The notes under the pieces were generated by a model. It did no database searches, had not been told where the DNA came from, and was given only the letters and a program-made list of their open reading frames with translations. A stretch of DNA of 64,000 bases, from assembly GCF_964355755.1 (NCBI RefSeq), contig NC_092672.1:2604001-2668000 (forward strand), in the 5' to 3' direction. The stretch comes from Antedon mediterranea. Lineage: Eukaryota > Animalia > Echinodermata. Position numbers and translations under genes: made by a program. Shown here piece by piece: positions 11,801 to 26,800 of the stretch (its first letter is position 1; each line of letters opens with the position of its first letter).

Positions 11801-14800
11801 TCACACTATGTGATATCCACCAGGAGTTATCACAGAAGCTACCACACGGGTGGCTGTTGTTTGTGTTGCTGTAATTTTCAGCCATTGTATCTACTACTAG
11901 TACTACTGTAGTTGTATTATCAAAAATTCCCTAAATAAACCGGTTATTCTGAGATGGGTTTCCCCAGTATATTGTTTTAGCATCTTAGAAAATTTCATTC
12001 TGGATACATGCCCAAGGTAAAACTATCACACACTTCCTGCCATATGTAATAATTTATCAGTTTCCTCTCAATAAATTTAAGTACAATACTGGTCACGATT
12101 TCTTATCAGTGGGTTTTTTTTAAAATTGAGGTTCTCATGAATCTTAAGATTTAGAACTTGCTGTGAATTTGATAATTTGATGGAGATGTGAATTTGACAC
12201 AGGTTTAAGGAACTTTAAACAAAGTTATTTGTCAAGAAAGGAATTGGAATGAAATTTATGTGTCATAAACATTTTTCTTAAATGAAACATTGATACATGC
12301 ACGCTATATGAATGATTCATAAGAACATTATTAAATATTAATGGGATTGGCAGTCATGTTGCAAGGGTTATGGTCCAGGGGTCAGGATCCAGGGGTCGCG
12401 TCAAGGGGAATGCTTGAGAACTTTAACAGTTAACAGTATGTAGTGATCAATATTGATAATAACTCTAATTACATATCTGATGGTATAACATGGCTGGGGA
12501 TTTTACGTGTTAAACAGGTTTCATTATAGATTATGTAGTACTATAAGGTTCTTGAAAAATGTAATACAGTATTATTTTGCAATCTTAAGAATTATTAACA
12601 TTGAAATCAAACATGAATTTATAATATTCCATTCCATCAAGGTGGTATTCTTTTGTTGCATGTTTTGCCCAAACCTTGTTGATCTAGTTTCACTAGATAG
12701 TTTCACCAATAAGGACCATCTTTTTTTTTTCCATATACATCCAAGAGTGGTCAATGCTTTAAAGTAATTTTTACTAATATTTTGATCTCCTTTTCACACA
12801 TTGTCTTCTTTTTTTTTCTTTTTTTTTTCTTATAGTTCATATATCTGTTCCTTTTGTTCAATGTGTGGAAAATAAATAAATAAAACAAACAAACAAACAA
12901 ACAAAAACAGCGAGCAACTTGCCAATTACAAGATGGATAAACTATTTATAATTTATCGTGCATAAACTAAGTCTAATTTGAGGTTTAGAGAGTGGAGTTG
13001 AAAGAGTTGTGTGCTGGTACAGTACCTGGTCAGGATTGAACCTTAGACCCTGAGATTGTATAGGCAAGCTCCACTTCGGTTATAAACTGTTTATCCTGTT
13101 TTTAAAACCAATAAGTTTGATTTACATTAATAGTGGTATTTATATTGGAAAATTATTGATATTTATAATTTATTAATAAATCAATATTTCAGTATTTTTA
13201 CAGTACATTACACATTCACTTTCAAATGTTTTCAATTATAAATATAAAAATATGTGACTTAAATCACATGTATCGTTAACATGATTGATGTGTCAAAACA
13301 GATGATCTTAATTAGTGTTAATGGGCTAGTTGATTAAAGGGAAGGAAGTGGACCTTAAAGTAATTAGTACACATCCAAGTACACCACATTCTATGTATTT
13401 GATAGTGGCGCTGTAGATTGAACTAGCTTACCATCCAGGGTTCTTGGTTCATGCCCTTATTTAGGTCAGTTCCAAGATTTTTTTTTTAAATAATTAGTAC
13501 ACATCTAAGTACACCACATTCTATGTATTTGATAGTGGCACTGTAGATTGAACTAGCTTACCAACCAGGGTTCTTGGTTCATGCCCTTATTTAGGTCAGT
13601 TCCAAGATTTTTTTTTTAAATAATTAGTACACATCTAAGTACACCACATTTTATGTATTTGATAGTGGCACTGTAGATTGAACTAGCTTACCATCCAGGG
13701 TTCTTGGTTCATGCCCTTATTTAGGTCAGTTCAAAGTTTAAAAAAAAAAAAATTAGTACACATCTAAGTACACCACATTCTATGTATTTGATAGTGGCGC
13801 TGTTGATTGAACTAGCTTACCAACCAGTGTTCTTGGTTCATGCCCTTATTTAGGTCAGTTCCAAGATTTTTTTTTAAATAATTAGTACACATCTAAGTAC
13901 ACCACATTCTATGTATTTGATAATGGCGCTGTAGATTGAACTAGCTTACCATCCAGGGTTCTTGGTTCATGCCCTTATTTAGGTCAGTTCCAAGATTTTT
14001 TTTTTTAATAATTAGTACACATCTAAGTACACCACATTCTATGTATTTGATAATAGTGGCGCTGTAGATTGAACTAGCTTACCATCCAGGGTTCTTGGTT
14101 CATGCCCTTATTTAGGTCAGTTCCAAGATTTTTTTTAAAATAATCAGTACACATCTAAGTACACCACATTCTATGTATTTGATAATGGCGCTGTTGATTG
14201 AACTAGCTTACCAACCAGTGTTCTTGGTTCATGCCCTTATTTAGGTCAGTTCCAAGATTTTTTTTTTAATAATTAGTACACATCTAAGTACACCACATTC
14301 TATGTATTTGATAGTGGCGCTGTTGATTGAACTAGCTTACCAACCAGGGTTCTTGGTTCATGCCCTTATTTAGGTCAGTTCCAAGATTTTTTTAAAAATA
14401 ATCAGTACACATCTAAGTACACCACATTCTATGTATTTGATAGTGGCGCTGTTGATTGAACTAGCTTACCAACCAGGGTTCTTGGTTCATGCCCTTATTT
14501 AGGTCAGTTCCAAGATTTTTTTAAAAATAATTAGTACACATCTAAGTACACCACATTCTATGTATTTGATAATGGCGCTGTTGATTTAATAAGCTTTACC
14601 GACCAGGGTTCTTGATTCATGTCCCTATTGTTTGGTTCTAAGAAAGTTCCCACAGACATTAGTAACTAAAATATAAAAGCACATAATACAGTGACTGACT
14701 TATTTTAGAATAGGTCAGTATTACAGTATATTCTCTTCCTGTAAATTACTTTAAATTGATAAATTTTTAAATAAAGTAGGGAAAAAATAATCTATTTAAA

Positions 14801-17800
14801 GCTTTAAAATCTGTTTTTATTTGTACAGTTTTCTTAGAAGGCATAAATTAGTGGTTTTTGTCTCTTTCTGTAGAATTATAAAAATAACAGGTTGAGTAAA
14901 ACAGAAAAAAAAACAATCCCAGGATAAAATCTATTTAAAACTTTAATTTGTTTAATTTTGTACGTCAAATTTTCAGTACAAGACATGCAAGCAACATGCA
15001 TTTTAAATTAGATTAAGATTTGTATTGCCATTGGGAAAATGTGACCTACACGCTATATCAAAAATTACTATTACTAAATAAAATGTTTTAAAAGAAAACT
15101 ATAACAAATTTATTCACATTTTAAATTTAATATTCACCTGTTTTTTTTTTCATTAGCATGAGTTTTGAAATTAGTTTTAAATATATTGCACAAATTTCTC
15201 CTTTCCTCTACATACAATAACTCCCCAAAATAAAAAAAACTTGATGTTCAGAATATAATTTTTTTTTTACTTTAAATGCCTTCTGAAGATAGTAACACGG
15301 GAGGCAAATTTAAGAGAAAAAAGTTTGTTTGCATGCCACAACAACCCCACCCGCTCTTTTTCTTGCAAAACAGCAGCAGGCGTTAGCACCATCCATCATA
15401 GATTTAAAAGTCCCTAAAATAATGTGGTTGAAACCACAGTATAATTGAACTTATGTTTTTCTCATTAGATCCCCTTGATTCACATGTTAACATAATATTA
15501 TTAATTCCCGGAATAGGGATTTATATTTCCTTTCATATACCGCAGATAAGGTAAATCTAGTAGCTTTTTCATTAGAGTCCGGGACCCTAGATTTTCAGGA
15601 TCTTTTTAACACATTAAATTCAACAGGCAGCTATATAGATAAGAAACTTAGCAACTTTCCCATGTTTTTAAACTCTTTTATGAGTTTGCCAGGAGTAAAG
15701 TTTATCATTTGGTCGTGAGAAAATCCAAAATCCTGGTGTTTAAACCAGCTTGAGATTACAGGGATATTAAAAGCAGTTGGATGTGTCAAATTTCGTACCT
15801 AGCTTACTTTTTAGTGCCCCTACCTTCTTATGAAAAGGTATCATTTCCATTTATCTAGGTACTGTAAGCGGTACTCAATAATAATTCCACATTTATATAG
15901 CGCCCTTTTCATGAGTAGTCATGCTCAAAGCTGCTTTACTGTACGAGCATTATTAACCCGATCATTTTTGGATCAAACACGTAATAGTAATCAGCGTAAC
16001 CTGTGTGGAGAGAGGCAAATGTATTGTAAGTAAAGCGTCTTGCCAAGGATACAAGCAATGCAACAAAAGTTGGATTCGAACCCTGATCTCACGATCAGTA
16101 ATCCAGCCTCCAACACACTGCGCCACATGCCTTCATCCTAGTATACTGCACCTTTTTAGTTACTGCAGTAGTAATAGATATCTACTGCAGTATATTATTC
16201 GTTTCAAAACTGGAGCATAATATTTCACAATCTACAAGTCATTGATACACAATTTACAATAATTTGTAAAATTGCTACGTAAGAATCAACACAAAACAGT
16301 ATAAAGGTAATACCTATTTGACAGAGAATTCGCCGATATTCTCTGAAGAATTTTAATTTGAGATTTAAAGATATTTCCTGGATTGTACTCTCACAGGATT
16401 TGTCCGTCTGATAAATTAGATCAAAAGATCAGGAAAATTCTTGAATCTAATTGTTATTAGTCGTTCAAAATATCAAGTTGTTTGAGTTGTAAATTGCGCA
16501 TTCTGTAATTTTACGACAAGGCAAAGAAAATATGTCGTGTCAAATGAATTGACTAAAATTGTAATGCCGAGTTTGTTGAATTGGAAAGAAACAATGGATT
16601 TATATAATGTGGATCACCGCGCCATAGAGTCTGAAATTAAATAAAAGTTAATACAAATTGTTTTTACAGAAAAATTATGTGAAAAAAGAAACTGAAAGAT
16701 TATTTTTTTATCAGAATATTTTTTAAATAAAAACGGTGTATGGCAAAGAGTAAAAAAATACTTGTACTTGTAACATATTCCACAAAAGGTTTTATTCATG
16801 TTTAATTGGTTAAATTATGGCATTATATTTAATAGAAATAGATTGTTAGCATAAGCTGATTAGGATCAGTGACATGTCTCTTTTATAAATTAGGTTAAAT
16901 AAAAGAAATAAATTGATGGAATGGGCCTCTTCTTTCTTAAAAAAATGGTACCCCCATCCCTAGTCCCTACCCCTCATCTTATTAGCTATTTAAATTAATA
17001 TTCACAATTATGTTTTAATTTTAAAAATGTTCATGGTTTAATTTAAAAACCATATTTTGATCACTTGTCAATAATATAATATTAATAACTTTATTGTATG
17101 GGGAATTTCCCTCCTTATTTGGTATTAATTTATGATTCATCATTGTGAGATCATAATTATGACAACAATTGATTCAGCATAATAAACAATCACAACAATC
17201 ATGACATCATCATTATTGTGGTTTCATCATCAATTTTTGTACACGATTTTTGATGACTCATAAATTATTATTTTGTTTTGTATTTTTCAACCTTGACACT
17301 GAAATCCAATATGTAGGTTTTTTTTTTTCTATACACACTTTTTTTTCAGTTAAAAGTATAAAAATCACGGTTTTTCAACATTTGTTTGCGGTAATGCTCC
17401 AATTACACAGAAATTGATATAAGAATCTATTTCAACTTGACAGGATATGATTAAGTGAGGTTTTTTTAAAAAAAAGAATATTTCTCTAGAAAGATGTTAG
17501 AAAATACACATACTCTATTTTTTAAACCAAGACTACTGTAGTATAACATTCTTTGTAATGTATTATCCAATCAGAGATGAGTTTGTACATTAAATACTTA
17601 CATTCCTTCTTAATTGGCTGATTTGATTATTTTAAAAAACCTCACCTGATATGATATTTCAATTTCATATTTAACAATAATTTAATATAACAATTCATCT
17701 AGATGCATCACAGATATCTTGAATATTAGCTTTATGATTATTGGTGACATTTTCAAAAAAATGTGTCTGAGAATTTGTTCAACATCATGAATCATGATAA

Positions 17801-20800
17801 ATTAAAATAGAAAGGTTTAATTAAGAAAGTTATGTAGATAGTTTAACATCTTATCAATGCCTACCACGCATCTCCAAGTTTTCTAATACAAACATAAACA
17901 TAACTTTGGAGGGAACTCCAATCCTGTGATGTACTCACTCAGTCAGTCAGATATTTACCAGATGAATTAAAAGTATCTCAAGTGTCTGGTGACGATAATC
18001 AGACTTCACACTGTGATCATAAAGATATCCAGTATTTATTCTTGGCTTATGGTTTCGATAATGCAAAGAGTTTGCTGGAATTTTAGAAATTAAAACTTAA
18101 GTGTTTCTGAAAGTTCTCGGACTGAAATACCATATCACGACTACTATGTTCCAAGTGAGTATAAATTGGTTGCTTCGTCAAGTGAAGATTATCACAATTG
18201 GGTCTAAATAAAATGCAGAAAGATTTGTTTAATTGCTACATTATCTAGATGGAATTAAACTTGTCTATAGGCCTATTATGTCTTTTTTATTCTATCATAT
18301 CTAGTGACGTACAGTCTAAAAAAAACAACTTAAAATAGTGCCAGGTCTAAGATGCTATTAATACTTCATATTTCACATGATGAAGTCATATCACTACCAT
18401 ATTTGGGCATATCACTACCATATTTGGGTACATCACACTATTTTGATAGTGTAGACTGAGCTTTACCCAATGAAATGTATCCATTAAGAGTCGATTTATT
18501 TCTTACAAATCAAGCAGTTTAACCTTGTTTTCTGGATCAATTACATATAAGAGGTTTCTTGAAAACTTTCCAACATATTTTAAGTATGCCGAATGACAAA
18601 GTTGCGCAATCGTGGAAAAAGTGGCTAGTTAAATCCAGTTAGCGTGCAATATGCTTTTAGTTTGATAAAGAGAGTAAAATAAACCTGTAAAGGTCTCGAA
18701 CCCATGCTTCTCACATACTAGGATAAGACAGGCAGCTCAACATTTATGCCCTTATAATTAAATGATTTCCGGTTAAAGAACTAAATATGTCAAATACAGT
18801 ACTAACTATACCCATCAGAATATTGGCACATTTTTGTTGAATTATCTCGTCAAAAAAGTTGAGACCTTGGAATAAAGATTGTTTAAAAGACATTTATGTT
18901 TTACAAAGGTTTTATGAAATAAGGTTGTAAAGAACATTTTTGTAAAAAGTATAGAAAGAGGGTTTTTAAGGATATTTTTCTAGGTATTACATTAACTCTC
19001 AAGGATGTATGACTATTTAAAACAAAAAGAATGAAATAATAAAGCCTTTATTTAAATTTGGCATGTTATCAAACACTCAATAATTTAATACTGTAGTTAA
19101 AATAGTGTGGTGGTTGTTTTGTCAATTATAATATTTACAAGCCCACTGGAGATCAATGTGTTAACCCATTACAAATCACCTGACTCAGAAAACATTTAAC
19201 AGGTAGCTCACAAATCAGTCATTTTTTAAAAGTTTATAATTTAATTGCTTTTTTAATGTCCGGGTGCTTGACCCAAAAGTGAACACTGTCTAAAGAAATG
19301 TGTTGGCTCCAAAATTGTTTCATTTTATAATCCGGCAACATACCATAGCTTACTCATATACCTTTGAATCATCAAACATTTAAAAAAGTTGTTGTGCCCC
19401 GCTCGACCTAAAGACATAAATTCTATCAGTATGAACAGTACTTAATAAAATAGTAAAATGTACATTATTATAATATGCAAACCATACATTCTATCAGTCT
19501 AAACAGGCCCTTATTAATAATCCTAATAGTAACATATTACATTATATGCAAACCATACATTCTATCAGTCTAAACAGGCCCTTATTAATAATCCTAATAG
19601 TAACATATTACATTATATGCAAGCCATAAATTCTATCAGTCTGGACAGGCCCTTAATATTATTAATCCTACTAGTAAAATGTAGGCCTACACTATTATGC
19701 AAGCTATACATTCTAGTCTAAACAGGCCCTTATTAGTAATCCTAATAGTAACATGTACATTATATGCAAGCCATAATTGCTATCAGTCTGGACAGGCCCT
19801 TATTAAAATAATCCAAATGGTACATTATTATAATTATACTGTACATACATTCTATCAGTGTGAATAGGACCTTTACATCAATAGCATACTGTAGTTTACA
19901 GCTTATCTGTACTGTATTATATTTGTCTAGTACAGTAGTATTATAGGCAAATTCTGTAATACAGTGTCAGTTATGTATCACATGTGATGGCTGTATCATA
20001 GACCATACAGCTTCATGTGCCACATGTGATACTATGTGACACTCAATATAGAATAAGCCTATGATACTTGACATGCAGTATGTGGAGAGATTAGTTCATG
20101 TACACGTTTTGATTACTGTGCCCACAATAATAGGTGAACACATTGACTGTACATGTTGTGTCTAATTTTCTCCTAATTTCCATGTTATTAAATTCATTTC
20201 CATTCAAGATAAAAAAACATATTTGATGAAAGACCTACTTCATTTTTGAACTATTACCTTGAAAAATAATTGTTATTCTTAATATCGAAAGTTACTCCTG
20301 TTATTGGATACGTTTAAATAAGGTAAACTTTTTTTTTTATAAAAAAGTTTAGGATAAAAATAGTGTTGCCAGAAACGGAAGGCATACAGTAATAGCTTTT
20401 TTACCTTTTTCATTTTGTTCGAAAATCAACCATTGATTGTTTTACATTTTCACAGTTGTATTTTAGTTTTATATAATAATCTAATTTGTTCATTTTGCAT
20501 TTGTTTTTTTATGTTATCCACTTGTGATACAAGTGCTGACAAAGTGATAAATATATGCCATCACATTAAAGAAATAAATAGGACCTATACTGTACTAGTA
20601 AATTATAAGCTTGTCATGAGCTTACCTAACGCTCTGTCTACTCAATCAAACTTTATGTGACAAAAAAAATGTAATGTGCCCATATATGGACATGATGATG
20701 TCATATCACTACCATATTTGGGCACATTACGCTTTTTTGTCAAACTGGTTTGATAGTGTAGACAGAGCTTTAGTGCCTTATTTTGCATGAAAGTTATTAA

Positions 20801-23800
20801 ATAGCATTTATTCTGCAGGTGCCAATATGGTATACACTAATAAATTTTCATTTTAAATATTGAATCAAATAGTGTACATGTTGCTTTTTAACATTGACCC
20901 CAAAAGAAAAGGTGAACTCAATAATCCTAATATTAGTCTGTCAGGTACCATATGACGTTTGCATACCTTACCTAGCACACCTGGTAGTCTAAAATCAATC
21001 AAATCATGTGCTTCCCAGAAGCAATTATGATATATAGCGTTGGGATATCACAACAGAACAAATTTAAAGAAAATTAATTGTCTCTTGGGTAAAGGAAACT
21101 TTGAACTTCTGTATGTCATCCATAAACAGAAGGGGTATATGTTTTACACAAAAGTCAAAAGAACATAGAAAAAAAGTGTACAATATTTATAAATATGTTC
21201 AGTTAGTCAGTTTCTCGTATTAAAACATGTGAGAATCCAGACATTGTCTGTGCTTTACAATTACATGGTCATTGCTTTATTTTCTTTACTAACTAACCAC
21301 TAAGTAACACATCCACCTCCTTCCCTTATGTCTACAATTTAAGACCACTTACTTTTATACTGCTAAAGCTTGGTTCCCACTAGAACGCAACGCAAGGACG
21401 TAGACGCAACGCAAGCGAGTTAACCAATCACACGCGACTGTTTGAATAATCAATCGCTTGTGATTGGTCAAATCACTATGCGTTGCATTATGTCTTTGCA
21501 TTGCGTCCTAGTGGGAACCAAGCTTAAGTATCCGTTACCATAGTAATCACAATTTTTTGATCTTTAGGAGCTTTAGATGAATATATAATAAATAAAAATT
21601 GTTTAACCTGTAACATTTCATAATAAAGTTTTAATATTTTCTTTTCTCTTTCTTCAGACAAACCTGAGAAAGTATCGATAGGACTAAGGTTTGACGACAT
21701 ACCAAGCTTGACCCTTGAAAGTCAGTATGCGTATCTTTTTGTGGAGTCAACGTCCAGCCAGCTGGACATACCGTTCAGAGAAGGAAAAGAGGTTCTTGTT
21801 ACGTATAACAGTACCTTTGTATTTATACAAGTTGATAAACCCATTTATAATCCTCAACAAAACGTATCTATGCATATTATTCCAGTTGGATTGGACTTAA
21901 AACCATCTAAAGAACCAGTAAGTAAATACTGTAGTATATGATATCTATGTAAACATTTTTTTACTGCAGTTACTGCAGTAACTACATATTCTTTTTGCAA
22001 TAATGTATTATTTAAGTTTGTTTCTTGAAAGTAGAATTATGATGCAACAAATAGTGTCTATTATTATATAAAAAAAAATTTGAAATAATTACATAAACAG
22101 GTTAATATATAGTAAACAGTAGCATAATCCCAGACATACTATACATTTTGGTTTACTTTATAGATGTTTTTAGCATCCATATGCATCTATGCACCTCAAG
22201 TTTATCTTGTATAATAAATATTAGATAAGATTAGATAGAATGTTAATATAAATTTTGTTTATGTTGCTATCATTGTAAAACTTTGTATTTATTCTACTGA
22301 ACTTTAGAAAAATAATTACAAAAAAAAATTAAAATAAAGATCTATGATCTTCAGACCTATATAATTTAACATTTTACACTAATTTTTAATAGCAACAACA
22401 TAATCATATCCCACTGTACGTTAAACTTGAAATGACAATTACACTTTTATTATTTACTACTTTTAGTAGATATTGTAGTAGTAAAGCTCATTATAGTTGT
22501 TGTTTATACTAACACATAATGGTGTATAAAACCCCTTGAGATTTTAGTCAACTTTCCACAAAAACACATTTTTACAAATTATGCCTTGGTTTTAGATTAT
22601 CTGCAATTGCAATATAATATGTGAATATTATTTATGTTTATCCTATGGTTAAAAAATATATTTAATTTCCCTTTCTCCATGATTTGCAAAGTGACCTAAA
22701 TGAACAATTCTTTCAATTTCAATCATAATAAAACTTAAATAAGTAATTCAATTTCAATATTAATATAAAAAATTCACAATTTTTAATTACATAATGAAAA
22801 ATAAAACTTTATGTTACGTTAATTTTAAGTCTTTTAAATTTATAAAATTCATTTCAATTCAATTAAACTTTTATATTTCAGACAAACTGTCCATAGATAC
22901 ATAAATACATAATCAAAATGTTTGTCTCTTGCAATAATTTTTTGATGCAACATTTGTTTTTAGATTCGAATTGATATAATTAATCCAAAAGGAACAATAA
23001 TAGAAAGAGAGGAAGGCAATATCACGGATTCAGGACTTATTCGCAAAGAATACCGCTTTCCCGCGCATCCTGTATTTGGTAAATGGAGCGTGATTGTATA
23101 TTACGGACCAATGGTAAGTAGCTAGTTGTATAATGTGGTGTTCACAACATTATGTTGCTTGTTTCCATTATGTAACAATCAACTCTCCTAAACGCTGACC
23201 AATCTTGAACTTGTCCAAAATCAAGTAATCCAAAATCAATCAATCCAAAATCAATCAATCCAAAATCAATCAATCCAAAATCAGTCAATCCAAAATCAAT
23301 CAACCAAAATCAATCAATCGGTTTTTTTTTATAGCGCCAAATCAAAATAGTATAGGTCCAAAGGTACTATACTGAAAGTCTGACTCCCCAGCTCCAGCTA
23401 CAGTATTTGTTCTCCTTGGAATGTGCAGAAGCATTTTGTCAGAATGAATTTTAAGTACTCTAGTATTACTAGGAAAAGAGTTGTTATTTTTTAAATTCTG
23501 GATTTTGGAGAGCTGACATCATACATAAATAAGATTAAATGCTTTGGCAGACTTTTATATACAGCAAGAAATATGCAAAGCGCATAAAAACTAAGTGAAA
23601 GTCCTCGAACTTGCTCAACTTGTTGGATTAGAAAACAATTTTCAGCTTTGCTGATAATCAATGTCCGGGAAATCCCCCCTAGGGAAATTGGAATCCCATG
23701 TTTTCGTGATCTCTTCAAGGCTAATTTACCTCATTTGCCATAGCCTGGGGTTTCATGGTTATTCGTATTCTTTTAAAGTGTGATGTGCCCATATTTGTCT

Positions 23801-26800
23801 TTGCCCACATTTATCTATGCTCATATTGTCTATGTCTATGTTTGTCTAGATGTCCTTATGTCTTTGCTCATATTGTCTATGCTCATGTTTGTCTAGATGT
23901 CCTATATGTATAATGTTTTTGCTCATATTGTCTATGCTCATGTTTGTCTAGATGTCCTTATATGTCTTTGCCTATATTTTTCTTTCCCATATTTATCTAT
24001 GCTCATATTTGTCTTTGGCCATATTTGTCTATGTTCATGTTTGTCTAGATGTCCTTATGTCTTTGCCCATATTGTCTTAGACCTTATTTTTCTAGATAGA
24101 TGTCCTTATATATGTCTTTGCCTATATTTTTCTTTCCCATATTTATCTATGCTCATATTTGTCTTTGTCCATATTTGTCTATGCTTATGTTTGTCTAGAT
24201 GTCCTTATATTATGCCCATATTGTCTTAGACCTTATTTGTCTAGATGTCCTTGTATGTGTTTGCCCATATTTGTCATATTATGGCATACTGTCAACGATT
24301 CTTTAATTTTTTTATAATCAAATGATGGTATTTTGCTTTACTTGAAGATCAAACCTTAATTCAATTATTATTTAATAATTCAATTTCTTGTGACGCTAAT
24401 TAAGTGCTGTAATAAAAAGATTGTAGGAATATTTTTGTAATCTTGGGTCAATGTCTTTAGGATTCTTTTAAAGATGTATTTTCCACAAAAAACATGAAAA
24501 ATGAAGATTAATAATCAGACTTTAATAGGCCATTTTGCAGTTGTAATAAAGTTATTCACTTCTGTAAAACAAAAAAAAACAAAAAAATATAATTATTTCA
24601 CTTATAAAAAGACAAAAGAAACGTTTAATTTTAACCAAAAACCATTGTCTTGACATTTTTTGCTTTAAATTAAATTTTTTTTCAGGTAAATAATTTTTTT
24701 TTAAATGGCATATTAAAAAAAAATTGAAAAAAAAATTTTTTTTAGGGGGACAATAATATCTTTAACACAGTATTTAGACATAAGACTAGAGTAAGACATT
24801 AAAAAAATAATATGATACAGTATATAGTAGTTAGTTGTAATATATTTTTATTTTTAAAAGTAGATGTTGTTTTGGTTAATAATTTAAACAACCTGCTTAT
24901 TATAGTTTTGCCAGCATGAGGTAGAGGAAGCCTTTAATGGCAAAGTAAGTGTTTGTGGATCAGGTAACTTGTACCGAAAATAAACTATAATTTACATCTA
25001 GTATCTCTCCATAGGTGTTCAGAGTCTGAAGTCTTCTAGTTCATTAAATCAATTATTATATTTCATTCCAATTGAAATGTGACCAGGTTCTTTGTAGTGA
25101 TGTCTCGGAATACTCAAATACGGTACATTCTTCACTCGGAGGCGGCTGGGTGAAGTTACTTTATAACCTTGTTCTACACAGCATGATAGGATATGGTTTC
25201 TATGTCATTGATACTGAAATAAAATGATGTACCTTTACTCAGGAATGACTCATATAATTTAATTTGTTAACAAAATATGGTCTATATAGTTTAATTTTAT
25301 TAATTTTTTTTTATAAAAAAAGATAAAATATAAAACATTAAAATAGTTGAACACCAACCATGCATTTATGGCATAAACCACTGGCATGATGTTTTAAAGT
25401 GGGAATTCCCAAAATGAAAAGAGTTAAAATGGGAATTACCGGGATGAAAAGAGTTAAAATGGGATTTACCGGGATGAAAAGAGTTAAAATGGGAATTACC
25501 GGGATGAAAAGAGTTAAATTTGGAATTTCCGAGATGAAAAGAGTTAAATTTAGAATTATTGGGATGAAAAGAGTCACTGATGATGAGACAACACTATCAC
25601 ATACTTTTTGATCTATTTCTAGTATGTTAATTATTTCTAAAAATAAAATATTTATTCTGGTAGTTGATAGCACTCATCTTATGCTCCCTGCAAGGATGTA
25701 AGTATTTAAAATAGATAGTTTGTTATGATGTAATCCTGTTTGAGTGGGTTTAGTTAAGTAGAAATAACTTCACCTCAAGCAGAGTTTATGATGTGGTATT
25801 TGTATTTATATTAGGCTTTACCTGTGTAGGGTAAGTGACACGTTTGTTATTGATTAAATAGTTTCATCATCCAATTTGGAGTCGAAGTTTCGACACAGTT
25901 TGGTTCCAATATGGCATGATTCTAGATATTGATTGACTATAGACATACACATTCCAATTTTTTTACCAACGTATAATACTATGTTTGAACTATGTTGTGT
26001 AAACTAATACGGTAAGTATAATTCAAGTTAAAATTGTTTTAAATCTTTCAAACCTCCCACACAGCATTAAATTGTTATAAGTATACAATCTTCTTATGAA
26101 ATAAGTGTCTTCTTAAGACATTTTGTAGTAATTGACTTGTTAAATTTTCATGCTTATCCACACCAACCCTACCTTATGCACTCCGCCCCCCCCCCCTCCC
26201 CCTTCAATTCAAATAAAAAAACTAAAATCTTAAATATTTTAATTAAAATATTTGGCAATAAAAACCAATCACTTAGAAATGTGTTGACAGTTTGTCGCCT
26301 CTGGTCCAACCTTTTTATATGAATTAATTAGACCATGTCTTTATCAACAGGTGTGCATTTCTTTAAACATGACCAAAATGTAGGACATTCAATATCGGAA
26401 TCTTTGCATGTCAAACAGCTGTTGAAATTGAGAGAATAATTTTTTTATAAAAGTCCTACATTTGAACATTTTCTCTGGTGCTGACGTTGTATTACAGTAA
26501 CTGTATGTCCTGTAGCCCCAGGGAGGTTCCTATTTGTTAATACAACTTTCTCAACAAAATATGTACAGTACCGCAAACACTTTTAATGCATAGCCTCCTG
26601 CTACTTCAGGATTTTTTTTTTCAAGCATCTTTAATGTACAAGTTGTACCCTGCCTTTCAAACTTGTTACTGTGCCCAACCCTGTGATAACCCCTCCCCTC
26701 CCCCTCCCCCCACCCAAAAAAAGGAGAAAAGACTATACTGTATTGTGTATAAATTTGTATCAAATCTATATAATATATCAAAGTATAAAAACAAATACAG

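Noticed and set aside
13361-14627. CRISPR array or tRNA gene cluster
   Set aside because: Units are near-identical along their whole length with no unique spacers, the context is a eukaryotic intron, and cloverleaf stems do not pair.
23897-25673. ORFs 23897-24229, 25338-25673 and 25399-25611
   Set aside because: They coincide with intronic tandem repeats and have no splice or homology support.
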